A stretch of 64,000 nt of DNA, taken from NCBI GenBank assembly GCA_043228905.1, contig JBHGNT010000011.1:12400001-12464000 (forward strand). The letters run 5' to 3'. The first letter of the stretch is position 1; each line of letters starts with the position of its first letter. The notes under the pieces were generated by a model. It searched no databases, was not told the DNA's origin, and saw only the letters and a program-made list of their open reading frames with translations. Of this stretch, positions 1 through 13,386 are shown in pieces. The translations under genes were made by a program, and so were the position numbers. This DNA is from Azolla caroliniana. Lineage: Eukaryota; Plantae; Polypodiophyta.

Positions 1-249
1 CATAGATATATTTTATTTTTTCCTTCAATGAAGAAGATAGGTTCTTGTAGATAATTTGGAGGGCAAAAAATGATGTTAATCTGCTTTCCACCATTTTTCC
101 ATTTGATATATTTTCAACAGTTGTGACTGAATTGCAATGGTAGTATATACAATTTGGAGTCTCTGTTCAATATTCTATTATTTTTCGTTTACCTCAAATA
201 TCACTATTTTCTCAAGACATGCATCTAAACCTCACAAAACTGACTGTAG

Positions 250-3200
250 GTTTCGGTTCTGAGCATTTCTGCAACACATGTTGTCGAAGAGGCACAACGC
301 CGACATCAAGCAGCACCCACAGTATATCTCAAGCTATTTGAATATCTGAAACTATAAATTAAGTTTGAAACTAACTAAACCGCATAAAAGTAAACATTAT
401 TATAATTTATTATTATGGCACACTTAACAACATTGATATAGAAGACAAATGACATGGATTATGGTTGAGAATCCTATATTGGTAGATTCCTTTCATGCAA
501 TAAACAAAAATTTCTTCAAACATTAGCCAAGTTCTTCACTCGAGCAAAGTTAGCCAAGATATTCTACTTGTTTTAGAGCAGAGTTGCAGTCAAATCAGCA
601 TTAAAGGTGCTTTGTTGATGCAACATGTCAAATCTTTATTTTTAGAATAATGTTGGTGTGATGCAAAGCCCAGCCACTAGCCAGAAAACCTAACTGTAAA
701 ATGGTAGAAAACTAAAGGGAATAACAGGAAAGAAGCGAAAAGAATACCAATGACTGAGGGAATCAGGGTTTTTAAGGATTGTACTGGTTTTTTCTTGCAA
801 TTAGGTAGAAGAGAAAAAAAGTGAGATGAGATGTTGAATTTTCAGGTTGTTGTCTAGTTGTATGCTGTCTTCTTATCTTTTTATTTGATCCCTAAGAACA
901 CTGCAGATGACACACAGGATAATAGAAAGCTGAAATTCATGACTCTGCTGATTAACACATACAAGATTCTCGCAGAAGTTCTAAATATGAATACAGCTAT
1001 ATTTGACCAGTGTTCGCATCTCCATAAATAAAAACTTGTGTGAAAGCAAATATAATTTGAATGTCACTCACTGGTAATTGCTTTTCGGGCTGATTTGGAA
1101 AAACTTACTATTGTAATTTGCAGTTGTTTATGTTCTTCACTTGAGAAAGTCGAGACTTAGCCATATCACAAACAAATTTATTCATTTAAAGTTTGATTCT
1201 TCGTAAAGTTGGGGACACTTTCTTTTTTAGTTTATTCATCTTTGTATATTATCATTTAAACTCCTGTTGATTTTGAAGCTCCTCAATTTTATCATTTTTA
1301 AGGCATTGGCAACTTTAGGCAGGGCCCTCATGGGCACCCTCTTGCTTGGAGAGCTCAAGGATGATGCAGAATCTATTCAGGTATTGATGATTTTCAGTGC
1401 TTATATTTCCTATAGTATAATGCATTCCAAATAATTCCAAGGTATCCAAAACACTATAATACATTGTGCAACCTTACAAACTGTGGTCATATCACACATT
1501 TCAAAGATGTCTATGTTGTTCACATGGTTATAAGAACTTTTATTTCATGTTCATATCCGTAGAACTCTAATATTGCGCATTTCAAAAAATTTCATGTAGT
1601 CCACATGGTTATGAGAACTTGTGGTTCATCTTTATATCCTTAAGAAAGGCAGAGTCTTAAAAACTACTTTTTCTGCCTGACTGTTTTCTATTTGATTCTT
1701 ATGGTACACTTCTTCTCTGTGTTTGTTGCATTTCACTCTTCTCTGTGTTTGAGCCACGGACTAAGCTATGGTTATTTGATACACTTGTCACACCAACTCT
1801 TCTCTATGGAGTAGAAACTTTGGAAAGATTTAGAGAGACCTTTAGTGTCAATGATTGCTTGCATGATAAGGAGCAAAGCATCGGTGCCCCACGATATAAT
1901 CCGGGAAGAGATGGGAGCAGCACCTATAATAACTGAGGCATTGTTCCGATCAGTGTCATTTATCCAACGTCTTTGGGAGCTCCCTAAACGAAGGTACCCA
2001 AGGTTGGCACTTATGTCATCAAGACAACTGGCTGAAAATGGAAACACTCATTGTTGGTATGCTGAAATGCAGCAATGGTTCGAGTCACATGGCATGAGTA
2101 TGAATGCACTACCCCCGTTCCAATATAGCTTGGATTGTCCCCACCTAAATATGACCAAAGTGGAAAAGAATAGAGTGATCCGAACTAATATTATTCACTT
2201 GGAAAACAAGATAACATGGATCAGCCCCAAAATACCACTTGGTACAAAGATGGCCCACTATACAGCGCACTTCTTACATACATTGGAGGATGGATTCGTC
2301 ATCAAGCCACCTTATATGGACATACATCTATCCTATGCGTTGCGTAGTGTGATAGGGCAGCTGCGAACTTCATCACATCAGCTACAGATTGAGGTAGGCA
2401 GATATACACGACTACCTCTAGAAGAGAGAATTTGCCAATTGTGTCATCAAGGAGTAGAATCTGAGGAACACTATGTTTGTCCTTGTAGTGTCTTTTATGA
2501 AATCAGAGGGAGATACCATTGCATCTTTAAACAAGGCTTTGGCCCACTACGCAAGGTAATGGAATATGGGGACCAACGATGTCTAGGACTTTTCTTGGTA
2601 GAGCTCAAGAGACATCGGGAAAAGCTGTTGAAGAATACAGCCACACAAGCTCATCCACAAAGAACAATCACAACTTTCTTTAGCCCCATCACTCCTACTA
2701 ATGCTACAAGTCCATCACGGGATACACAAATGGGCTCCAGACTAGGACATAACAAAGGGGTTACAATTGATCGGGCAATAGCAATTTGTCGTGCACGTAG
2801 GCCCCGGCCCCATGGACCACGACCTCGACACCCTTGTCATCGACAGATAAAAGCCATTATCTCCTGCCATCGTAGGTGCTTCCCTCACTTCGGAGACATT
2901 TCCATTCTGGATTGACCTATGCTAGAGATCTTTCGAAGACAAAAGTTACAATATACCTAACTTGAGAATCTCACATGTGCCAAAAACCAGATTCCCTCGT
3001 TTCTTCTCTTTTCATCTTATTATATTTACTATGTAATATTTATTTTATTTTGATTTGTTCTCAAAGACGAGACAACACTCAAGATGTAATCTCTTATTTG
3101 GTCTTATAGGCCATTTTGGCCTCTTAAAAGATGTTAATATATCTTTCTTTCTTTCTTCTTTGACTGAGTTGCTTATCACAACTCACCATGTTATGCATAC

Positions 3201-4776
3201 CTCATTGATTCTGTCAAAGCAAAGTTCTGAATGTTAAGTTGACAACATTTGCTTGATCACATGAGTTGTTCTGAACATTGCATTTGCATCTTAGGTGTGT
3301 GTCAATGTATATTTTTTCCATTGATTTAGGGATTTCTCTGTACTTCTATTTTCTATTTGTAACTTTCTATCCATTATTGATTCTTATGAAGGTGTGTGTC
3401 TAATATGTTCTAGTTAACCTTCGTGGGAGATGGGCCCCTTGGAAAAGTGATGTCTATAGCGACCAAAGATGGATGGGTCAAAGGATTTGTCGAAAATCCT
3501 TTATGTGATCTACCACCAAAATCTAATAACAAGGTGACTTCTATCTTTTTCATGTACTTTTGGATTCTCAAATGTAACAAGCATTTGAATAATATTTCTT
3601 GGAAAGCAGTGACAATGCACTTGATACTCAAGTGCACCTATCTTGTTTCAGAGTACTTTCCTGGATAAGCAACAACTATGCATAGAAAATTAGGAAGAGA
3701 ACATATATTCGCTATTTTGGCAAGTGTAATTATTTGAGATCTATATTGATTTACTTCATTCAGATGAAATCACTATTTCTCCAAGCTTAAAACTCCCATG
3801 AAGTTAATTTTGCTAATTCAGGTCTACATGGAGATGGCAATGCCTTTTCAAATGATACAGTTGAATGTTGTTAATTTGACAATCTTCCTTGCAGCTTAAT
3901 GTTGGAGCTGCAGTTGGATCTGGCATGCTAAATGTCTCACGTTTTCATCCAACGTGGAAACAACCATATATGTAAGCTACTTGCATGTATATAAGGTCTC
4001 ATTATGAAAACATAGATAATAGGTCGAAATACTTCAATCAGCTACTTTAGAGGAAATTCGGTGTTTGTTTTGTTTCAGAGGAACAGTGCCAATATTTTCT
4101 GGGGAAATTGCTGAAGATATTGCCCATTATTTGGCCAGCAGTGAACAGGTACCTTAATATCATTTACATGATCTCTCTCTTTCAGTAACGCTGGTAATCA
4201 TTCTAATTATTATTTCTTCTTACTTCCACTAGATGAAAACTGTAAAGGATACACTTTATAATCAAGCAATTAGAACTCACGTATTCAGAATTACCACATA
4301 GCCCAATCCAATTCTGAGCTCTGTGATGTGTGAATTGTGTCTGAAGGAAAGTAATCTTGAATAGACTTGAATAATTTCATTAGAGCACCCTAGAATTATG
4401 CAGTGTTTGGGATGTGCAGCAACCTTATTGAAAGATCCCTCTTTTCTTTGTTTATATCTTTTCCAAAACTGTCAGCGCGTTCTTCATTTTGCTTGTAGGT
4501 TATGATCTTACATCTTGTTACTAGTAATTGTGTGCACTTTCAAATCTTTGTACACTTCATTCTTACTCATTGACGATTGAGTTTTAGACTTCCACAAGTT
4601 CATGCTCCGCAGAGTTGTTAAGCCTGTGCTTTGTTCTATTGAATCTCCAAAAAATTCTATCCCACAGAGAATTGTAAATGTGGAAATGTAGAAAAACTAT
4701 GCATTTTGGAGGTTGAGTGAACTTCTCCTGTAAAAAGTACATATTTCATCTGTTCCTATTGAAAATTCTTGCGTAC

Positions 4777-4821
<45 letters not shown>

Positions 4822-6526
4822 AAGAAAGATATATTAACGTCTTTTAAGAGGCCAAAATGGCCTATAAGACCAAATAAGAGATTACATCTTGAGCGTTGTC
4901 TCGTCTTTGAGAACAAATCAGTTGCAATTTACTGTGAAAGTGACACTTAGTATAAGTTGCAATTTACTGTTATTAGATTATAATAATATGTTGTGTACGA
5001 AGAGAGATTATTACAAAGGTGCTGAACGTCGTTCTCCATTTCCTGGTTTCCTTCTGTTTTACCAAAAGTCCAAAAGTACTCCAAATGTTTATTTTTGTGA
5101 ATAAAATATAGTGAATAGCCTGCTGTTTGAGATTGTCCTAAAGGGAATGGAGTCTAATGCTGTATTCCAGTATAGGTAAATTCAGCTATTGGACTTGGTG
5201 TGAACCTCCAGAAGGATGGTAGTGTACAGTCTGCACACGGGTTTTTAGTGCAGGTAATTTTATATACTGTAAAAAAAACTAATGCAAAAAATCTTAAGAC
5301 ATGTAATTGATGGACTCATAATCATATCCAACCTTTTTCTCAAATCAGGTGTTGCCATTTTGTTCCGAAGGGACTCTCGACAAATTGGAGGCAAATATCA
5401 AGAAAATGCGGCCTCTTGCTGATGCATCGCAACAAACTAGTCCTGAAGAAATAATCGAATCAATATTTGAGGGTATTGGAATGGGTGAAATTTACACATT
5501 GGTACAACCTCCTCACACATGTATATCTATCCTAAAAAAGCATTTGACACGTGCAGAAAAGGCTTATCTCACTTCATTTCTTGATTTGTTTAGGCTAGCC
5601 CGAGATTTGGGCCATGTGATGTGACGGAAATGAAAGGACGTATGATTCAGGCAGTTGCATGCCTAGGGCCATCAGATGTGGAAAGTTTGCTCAATGAACA
5701 AGGTTATATATATAACTAAAAGCTTTCTATGATTTATACAAGAGGGATATTCATATATACGAAGTTTTGTCCCTTCTGCTCCTTTTTGTATTTCCATCTA
5801 GTAGTGACACATTGTCATCCTCACAGCTACCATTGATAAAATTCTCAATTTTCATCTTAGCTGTGTGCAAAGCTTTCTCATAGTCACCACCATATCATTG
5901 CATGTTTCCTTTTTCTTCTTTCGAGTGGAACGACAATGTTTTTACTCGGTAACATTTGTTTATTTTGATTTGTTGTTCTCAAAGACAAGACAACACCTAA
6001 GATACAATCTCTTGTTTGGTCTTATACGCCATTTTGGCCTCTGAAAAGACATTTGTATATCTTTCTTTCTTTCATATGCATCCATCTAGTAACAATGTTT
6101 ATCCATAAGTTTCCCATATATGATTATAATAAATGCTATCAAATCACAATTCACTTTCTTATAGGATCCATCCCCAAACCTGGAATCACTTCCTGCACAG
6201 AGTTAGATAATCTAACTTAAAAGGGGGACACAATGTTTGCAATTTTCTGTATTGTTGGTGTGCAAACTTCACCTCTGCAAGGATATCCAAGGATAGTTGA
6301 CGACATGGTTACCTAAGGTGAAACAAACACACACACATCCATATACACATGCATACACATGCCTATTATATTGTGAGACACACACTTGATTATATTTCTT
6401 TTCATATTTTGATTTTCACTTTACTGATGTGTAGGCCATGTGGAGGTGCGTTGTGCGTTTTGTGCCGAGGAGGTGCGCTTCTTGAGAGAAGATTTGCAAT
6501 CTATTTTATCAGGCCCTTCAACATGA
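250..6526 (+). CDS. HSP33: Hsp33/HslO-family redox chaperone, spliced; 5' part probably lies upstream of the window. Exons 250-321, 1303-1380, 3414-3533, 3895-3971, 4079-4148, 5176-5253, 5349-5501, 5594-5702, 6435-6526
   Basis: All introns are GT-AG and in phase. The joined protein reads [103 protein letters not shown], the Hsp33 motif series. Confidence 0.92.
1745..3160 (+). mobile_element. 5'-truncated non-LTR retrotransposon (C-terminal part of ORF2, 3' UTR and (TTTC)n tail) in an Hsp33 intron
   Basis: ORF 1845-2915 has RICQLC..ESEEHYVCPC and is homologous to the ORF2 C-terminus of the full-length LINE at 45240-50520 (EPRTK.WLFD.LVTP, SKxSVPHDIIR). Confidence 0.9.
4779..4920 (-). mobile_element. 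About 105-bp LINE 3'-end stub fused to a (GA)n microsatellite
   Basis: 4817-4920 is a near-identical reverse complement of 3052-3155; (GA)n runs 4779-4816. Confidence 0.9.
5955..6073 (+). mobile_element. LINE 3'-end stub
   Basis: Matches 3040-3155 (ttctcaaagac..tggtcttata..ccattttggcctct..tctttctttctttc). Confidence 0.88.
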
Positions 6527-9479
6527 CAAAAATCGATTTTCTGAGCTATTCCAAAATTATACTACAGTGCATGTGACGAGAATTTTGAAGTTGAGCTTTT
6601 ATACTATGTGCACATGCATCTTTCGTAGGTGAGCATTTTTTTCCACAATGCTGTAATTAATCCCTCATATGGAAATTCTATAGTTGACCTGTCATTGTGT
6701 AAAACAAGAAAATGCTGACATTGCACAAGGTCTATATGTCAAAGAGTCCAACTCCTGCAAGTGGTAGTCAAGCCCTCATTATGAGGAAATACAAAAAAAC
6801 ATTTATGTGCTTGATGTATTCCTCATTTGATGATGAGTATCTTAGTATATGATTAAAATCTTGATTTTCATGATGTTTTCACTTACATTGAAGTAGAAGA
6901 TCCATCCCATGTCCGGATATGATTTCTCCTCACAACAACATTCTTTGAAATGAAAGATGTGTTAGATAGTTCATGATTTAGTTCTATATGATATTGGAAT
7001 CTTTGTATTGGAGTATTATTGTTTGCATATTCTTCTCTATAAATGATTTTTTTGGCCTTTTGTGAAAGAGTTTGTAGCAATTTGTTATTGAGTGTATCAG
7101 AGTGAATGTAGTTTTCTAATGTCTTTGAATTATTTTGATCGGTCAACATCAGAATTTTCTTTCCGTGGATGTTTTTTCCATCTCATTCATAAATAGTTGA
7201 TAAAGTTACAAATGCTTTTGAATTTGTTACATTTTTCTACCTTTTTGACCAAAGATGGTTTGGCAAATTTTTTTATGATTAATATTTTTATTTATTCTAT
7301 ATGTTCGATGTATTTTCCATAATTTTGTGGTGTCTTTTGCCTCAAAATCTGAGTGTAATAGTTCATCTAAAGTGACAATTTTGATAATGTTCATCTTGAA
7401 CTCCAATTTCAGATAATCTTGTCTTTCATGAATAGTCTTCATGTGGAAAGTTCAAACATTAATTTGAAAATATTGTGCACAAGATGCTATTTACACCATG
7501 TAGATAGAGATAGGAACCATGTTAGTATTACTTGTGAAGTCCCAAGTTTAATATGTGTCATTGATCATCAATCTTATGATCTATGAGTGAACGGTGGCAT
7601 GTGTTGCATCACCATCATAATATGATCCAACTCATGAGGAGGGCCAATTGAGGATGAGATACTCCTTCGACTCACAAGGAAAGACTCAATTCTTAAATCC
7701 TTGTACGCATACACTAGAAAATATTGAATAAGAAACAATGCCTAAATTATATTCCATGTCACATTGGTATTGTTGGAGGTTAAGGACAAGAAGTGTGAGA
7801 GTATTATGTGTGTGTACAACACACTTAAGCGTGCACAAACAGGTTGAAATTATGCGACATGTAAAAAGTGTGATGCTTTATTGATAAGGTGAAGCGACTA
7901 CAAAAACAACATGACAATACTTGTTTATTCTAAGTGTAAACCCTCAAAACTTTGTAGATCTTTGTGTTTCTACGCTCTTTCTTTTTTATTATTGACTTTG
8001 TCACTCATGGGTGACCCTTCTATCTACTTCACTTTGTTAGGTGCTCAATGGAAAGGAAAACAAGTATTTTGACATGAATCTTGAAAAACAAGTAATAATA
8101 AGTAGATAAAAAGTTAAATAGGTTAGAATCTAGATTGATATAGAAATAGTTAAATCCAAGATTTGTTATGTCATGTGCTTGTTTGAAATACTTCTTAACA
8201 AGCAATATATTTCCCTCAAATAGGGTTCGATCTAACTGTCAGTCTTATGTTTTAATGAAATGTACTCATAAGGTGACACTTCAATAAAGAGGAGACAAAT
8301 GGTAGTTAAAGAAAAGCATTGTCATTATCATGTTAATGAGAGCCTTTATAGTAATCACTCTGTTTGAGACATAATATTGTAGCCATAGTGGTAAGCTAGT
8401 GCTTTACAATCTTAAAGTTGTAAGTTCAAGCCAAGTATCACAAGAATGGGATGTGTTTCATATCGCATGTATTTATAAAACTCTTTAGAGACTTTGACAT
8501 GATATACACATCTTGAAAAATGGCTTTTCAATTATGACGTAATCTAGTTTTATGAAATCCAAGAGGTGAAAACGATATCATGGCCAACATTGATAACATG
8601 TATATCAATGATAAAAAGAATCTGGTATGAGGGGACCATTGCATTGTATACCTAGTTAATTTATTTTTTCTGAAATGCTTGTATAAAACTATTTTGAGGT
8701 CATGTATATTGAGTGATAGCTTTCGCCTAAAACCCAATGGGTGATAATGATAAATTTACAATGCTTATAACAAAAAAGTTAGTAGGTGGGCCATTGCATC
8801 ATATAGACAACAATTTCCTTGCCGTGGATGGTAAACTGTGAAATAACTTTGACGTGACTAACAAATGTTTTTTAAATTCTCACAATGTTTGTAAATGTGA
8901 GGGGGCCAAATTCCAATAGAAACAAAACTTTACTAGTTTTAAGAACTCATATAGATCAATTGGCTCATAGTTAATGGTGGGAAACGTATGAACAATGCAA
9001 CTATCAAGGCATCACCCATATATGACCAGTTACGAAATTGAGTGATTGTAAGAGTTGTACTTCTAGGTTCTAAACAAAAGAGTGAGTGACGTCTTAAGTG
9101 ACTACATCCATACATAAATAATGGAACAAGAGAGGAGAACGAATTTAAGTATAAGTTAAATACATCGTAATAAATACGAATTTCAAACCATGAAGACCAC
9201 TTTAACATCCATTTCACAAACGTTGTAATGTCAAAGTAGAACATCTACAAAAGGTTTAAATAATTGGCATACACAAACATAAATTTCAGTTGTAATGTCA
9301 AAGTAGAACATCTACAAGAGGTTTAAATAATTGGCATACACAAACATAAAATTCAATAATGCCCTAATCGAATGTACATTTTGGATCATGATTCATAAGT
9401 ATGCTTTCCAAATAATACAGTAAATTCACAATTCACTCACATGGTATACCGTATTATTATTAAATTGGAGGCATGCTCG

Positions 9480-9700
9480 CTCGCTCGTTCTTTTTTATTG
9501 TAATTAACTTACCCTACTAATAAGTTGTTTACACTACTAACACTACATCTTGGGTTCGAAACCCAAATTTCTCACCTCTCTATTACTCCATAGATATCTC
9601 TTATTTCACTAATGCCACTGTGGAATGTATGGGTTGAACCCCATAACCACCTAGTCTCCGTTAGGCAACCTTACTAACTGAGCTACATCCATTTGGGCTC
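9480..9700 (-). mobile_element. tRNA-derived SINE, copy 1
   Basis: Minus strand has A box TAGCTCAGTTAG, B-like box GGTTCAACCC and an A-rich tail; colinear with 40166-40360 and flanked by (GA)n/(GAGC)n. Confidence 0.8.
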
Positions 9701-10279
9701 TCTCTTTATCTCTCTCTCTCTCTAATATGCAAGGATTATTTGATGGAATCAAGTTACAATCAAGAAAGAATACATCCTACACACTAATAAATAATACTTT
9801 TTTGTGCATGCTTATATGTGATGCTTGGTGAACTATAACATTGAATTTATGCATTTACAAGTGCATATACAAACGATTTCATATAAATAAAACATTGTCG
9901 TGACAATGTGTGCTTCTTCACAAGCATTCATGTAAGAATCTTTGAGTGAAACAATTGTAAATAATGATCAATGAAAGAGTATGCAAGAACGAGATTCAGA
10001 AGACAACGAATACCCCTCTTGATCTAAGTTGACCGTCCTACATACGTATACCTTCAACGAGATCGTGTTGGGCTCCATCCAAATAGTTGAGGCATACCAA
10101 TTGAGGTTACATAAAGATAACCATATTGCTCATCTCATATATACATACACACATCAAATATTTGTATTGTTTTTTTTCAAAACAAAATATACCTCCATTA
10201 GTTTTAAAAAAAGCATATCAACTACAACATACAAAATAATTCTAAACAAACATGTTTTCATATGGCATCCTCTCAGCCT

Positions 10280-11098
10280 CATCAACAAGCACATTCCTTT
10301 GTAAGCTTTGCATAATTAGTATGTGCAGCTAAAAAGAAGTCCTTAGTTAAATCCACACTTGAAAGCAACTTCTTATACCAAGCATCATATTTATGTGAAT
10401 CATCACCACTACTCCCAACGTGTAAAGAATAATTAGAATCCAGCTCCCAAAGTGAGGGTTTCCCTTCCATACCTCTCAAGAAAAACAATATTATGAGCAG
10501 CAGATCCACCATATTGTAATGCCAATGCAACTCCCATATTTTGATACATATCCATTAGAGCATCTACTATACTGTTGTGTGGATCAACCTTGGGAATATC
10601 TGATAGGCCCAAGGAGAATAACTGATGACCTAAGGTAGCCAAGCCATAAGCATATTGAGCAACATTTTTCCGATCGAAGCTGTCAATATAGTTTTTTCTC
10701 AAAACCCCACTGTGATTTATTGGTTCCTTTCTATCCTTGCCATCATTTTGACCCTCCTTTTGTACAAATTTCAATCTGTTAGTGCTCTTTGGTTCAATCT
10801 CTGTTAACTTTGGCAATTCACTTAAGTCAGTCAAAGATTCTCTCAAATCTTTCGCAGGCATCCAAAAATCTATGTCTGTAAGAACAATTGAGTTTAAATG
10901 CACACTAGAATGATGAGCGGTCTGTTGATATACTAATACCCAATTAGATCAAGTGCTTGACTAACAACTCTCCCAAGCAATGCTAAAACTTTGTGACTTT
11001 CTTTTTGCAAACTTTTAGAAGTCCCAATGAATGAAATGCAATTGCTCTCCCTGCGCAAAAATATGGTTTAGATAACCAACAACAGTTCCAAATTCACA
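10280..11098 (-). pseudogene. Intronless, rearranged SAC/FIG4-type phosphoinositide phosphatase pseudogene
   Basis: LHFIHWDF, GVLRKNYIDSFDRKNVAQYAYGLATLGHQL..LMDMYQNMG..LQYGGSAAHN, GKPSLWELDS and YKKLLSSVDLTKDFF. The catalytic CIDCLDRT is degraded and there are frameshifts. Confidence 0.88.
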
Positions 11099-11479
11099 GA
11101 TGCCATCAAGCTCCATCATCTCAAAACTTTTAGTGTTTCATCAAAACATCCATGTTTCTATAGTTAGGTGCCTCTAGAACCCATCTTCTTTATGCTGCAA
11201 ACAAAGTGAGTCTAGAAAGTTTCCTCATCTCCTCATGGTATGCTTCAGCCCCCACACCATCACCACTCATCCTAATAAAAAAACAAAAAAGCTCTCCGGA
11301 GAAAAATATGCTTCAATTCCCGACACCATCATCACTCGTCCTTATGAGAAACATAAAATTTGTTTCATTCAGTCCACGTCAACCATCGCGCCGACCATCT
11401 TGCCCTCTTGCCAATTACCATCAAAAGCCACCTCAGGATAATATGCTTCAACCCCCACACTATCATCACTCATCCTTCA

Positions 11480-11725
11480 AATCTATGACTACTTTATGAC
11501 TACTTTATGATTGTCCAATAAGATATGACTACTTTATGATGCTCACTAATCTATGAATTAATTCCTTTTAAGGTTTATGTGAAGTTGACTTTAGAATAAA
11601 GAGACATCGAATATCTATGTTGTTTAAGATTGTCCAATAAGATATGACTACTTTACGATGCTCATTTAGAATGTAATGTATCAATTCTTTTGAAGGTTTA
11701 TGCGAAGTTGACTTTAGAATAAAGA
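11480..11725. repeat. Local tandem duplications (atgactacttt unit and an about 128-bp unit)
   Basis: gattgtccaataagatatgactacttt..gaagttgactttagaataaagaga occurs twice. Confidence 0.75.
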
Positions 11726-12696
11726 GAAAGGAAACAATTTCGATAGTAATCAACCTAGGCTTACTAACCCTTGTAAACATTCACATTCTTTCCTTAAAAA
11801 AACAATCTCCCTTCATGTACATTTGTATAATGCATTTGAGCCCATGAATGGGGGAAATCATGTGATAAGAGGATTTCACTTTTTTTCCCTTTGTTTTTCT
11901 AAACTCCCATACACTAAAAAATTTGAACATCTTGCTCTTTTTTGGTTTACTTGGCTATCTATAGTCCTCACGAGTGATGTGATGATAGATAGATAGCATG
12001 AGGGCTAGGGCATCAAAAATAGTGTTTGCGACGTGGATGTATCAAACATCATGTAGTTTTCTTTTATATGAAAAATCTGCATGTTGTGATATTGACCACT
12101 TTAAATCATACATACATAGACACACACATATACCAAGCCTTTTGACTTGTTCATTAACATGTAAAATGTGATAATAAGGGAATTTTGAATATGGCCACTT
12201 AACAGGAAACAAAAGTATACATGTATATTATATAAAAAGGGGTAGCGGAGACAAGAAACTTTGGACAAAATTGATAGATAATTAAAAATAATGATTGTTG
12301 CACATGGGGGGAGTTTGAATGTAATTGTATTAGCTATGGCGTTGGCCACAGAAACAGGGCAGCAAGCATTTTGAAACTGGAACGTGGAAATGGCATGTCC
12401 AAGGATCGATTGGCATATACATATATCATTATGACTACACACATGATATGTATGTATGTACTTTGGCATCAAAATATGTACATACATGGAGTCTGAACTT
12501 AGGTGACATGAAACATGAAAATATGTATGTAACAAGACACACACCATGGATGTGCCGATAGACACAAAAGGCACATAGTAAGAAATCATAACGTGGTGTT
12601 ATGTATGCAGTGCACATACTGGCGCTCCAACTTCTCATTATAAACAAGGGATTGTTGACATAAGTACATGACATACGAGCATGGGATGCATACAAT

Positions 12697-12871
12697 AACC
12701 ATTAACCATTGACATTGACATTAACATTAACATTAACATTAACCATTAACCATTACCATTAACATTACCATTACCATTACCATTACCATTACCATTAACA
12801 TTAACATTAACATTAAGCATTAACCATTAAAATTAACATTAACCATTAACATTAAGCATTAAGCATTAACA
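12697..12871. repeat. Degenerate (AACATT/ACCATT/AACCATT)n minisatellite upstream of the NADK gene
   Basis: About 27 tandem 6-7 nt units are visible. Confidence 0.9.
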
Positions 12872-13296
12872 TATGGACATCATGGATGGATGGCACCACC
12901 TCATCACCACATCACCCACCACATTTGGTTTTTGGTTGAGAGAGTGTGGCAAAGATACAAGTCATACATGGCATGCATACATTGACATTGATATATGTAC
13001 ATACACAGTACATACATAAATACGTACATACGTACATACATATGTACGTACAGAGAATTGTATGTTCTGGTTTTGGGTTCAATAGAGAATTGCCATTTCA
13101 TTCATTCAATGGCCTCTTAAGGGAGACCACCTCCTGATTTCATTCATTCATTGGATGCCCCCCCTGCCCTAGCTATGGCTTCTTCTTCTTCTTCTTCTTT
13201 TCTTCATTTTTCTATGTTCTGAATCAGAAACCCTAGGTCCATGGCTTCTCTGAGCAGATAACGGATTCAATCCTGTACATTTATATACAACTGCAT

Positions 13297-13300
<4 letters not shown>

Positions 13301-13359
<59 letters not shown>
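13301..13359. repeat. (CA)n microsatellite
   Basis: Directly visible. Confidence 0.97.
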
Positions 13360-13362
<3 letters not shown>

Positions 13363-13386
13363 GCGTCTATATAATAAAAGTGCAGA

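Noticed and set aside
1845-2915. Independent nested host gene within an Hsp33 intron
   Set aside because: It is the C-terminus of LINE ORF2 and is followed by the LINE tail.
250-6526. Bacterial contamination or recent horizontal transfer of hslO
   Set aside because: Eight spliceosomal introns and the green-lineage GPC motif point to long residence in a eukaryotic genome.
12101-12695. Minus-strand ORFs upstream of NADK
   Set aside because: Low-complexity (TA/CA-rich) sequence with no recognisable motifs.
12697-12871. Possible interstitial telomere or CRISPR-like array
   Set aside because: Units are AACATT/ACCATT, with no GGG-type telomere motif and no unique spacers.
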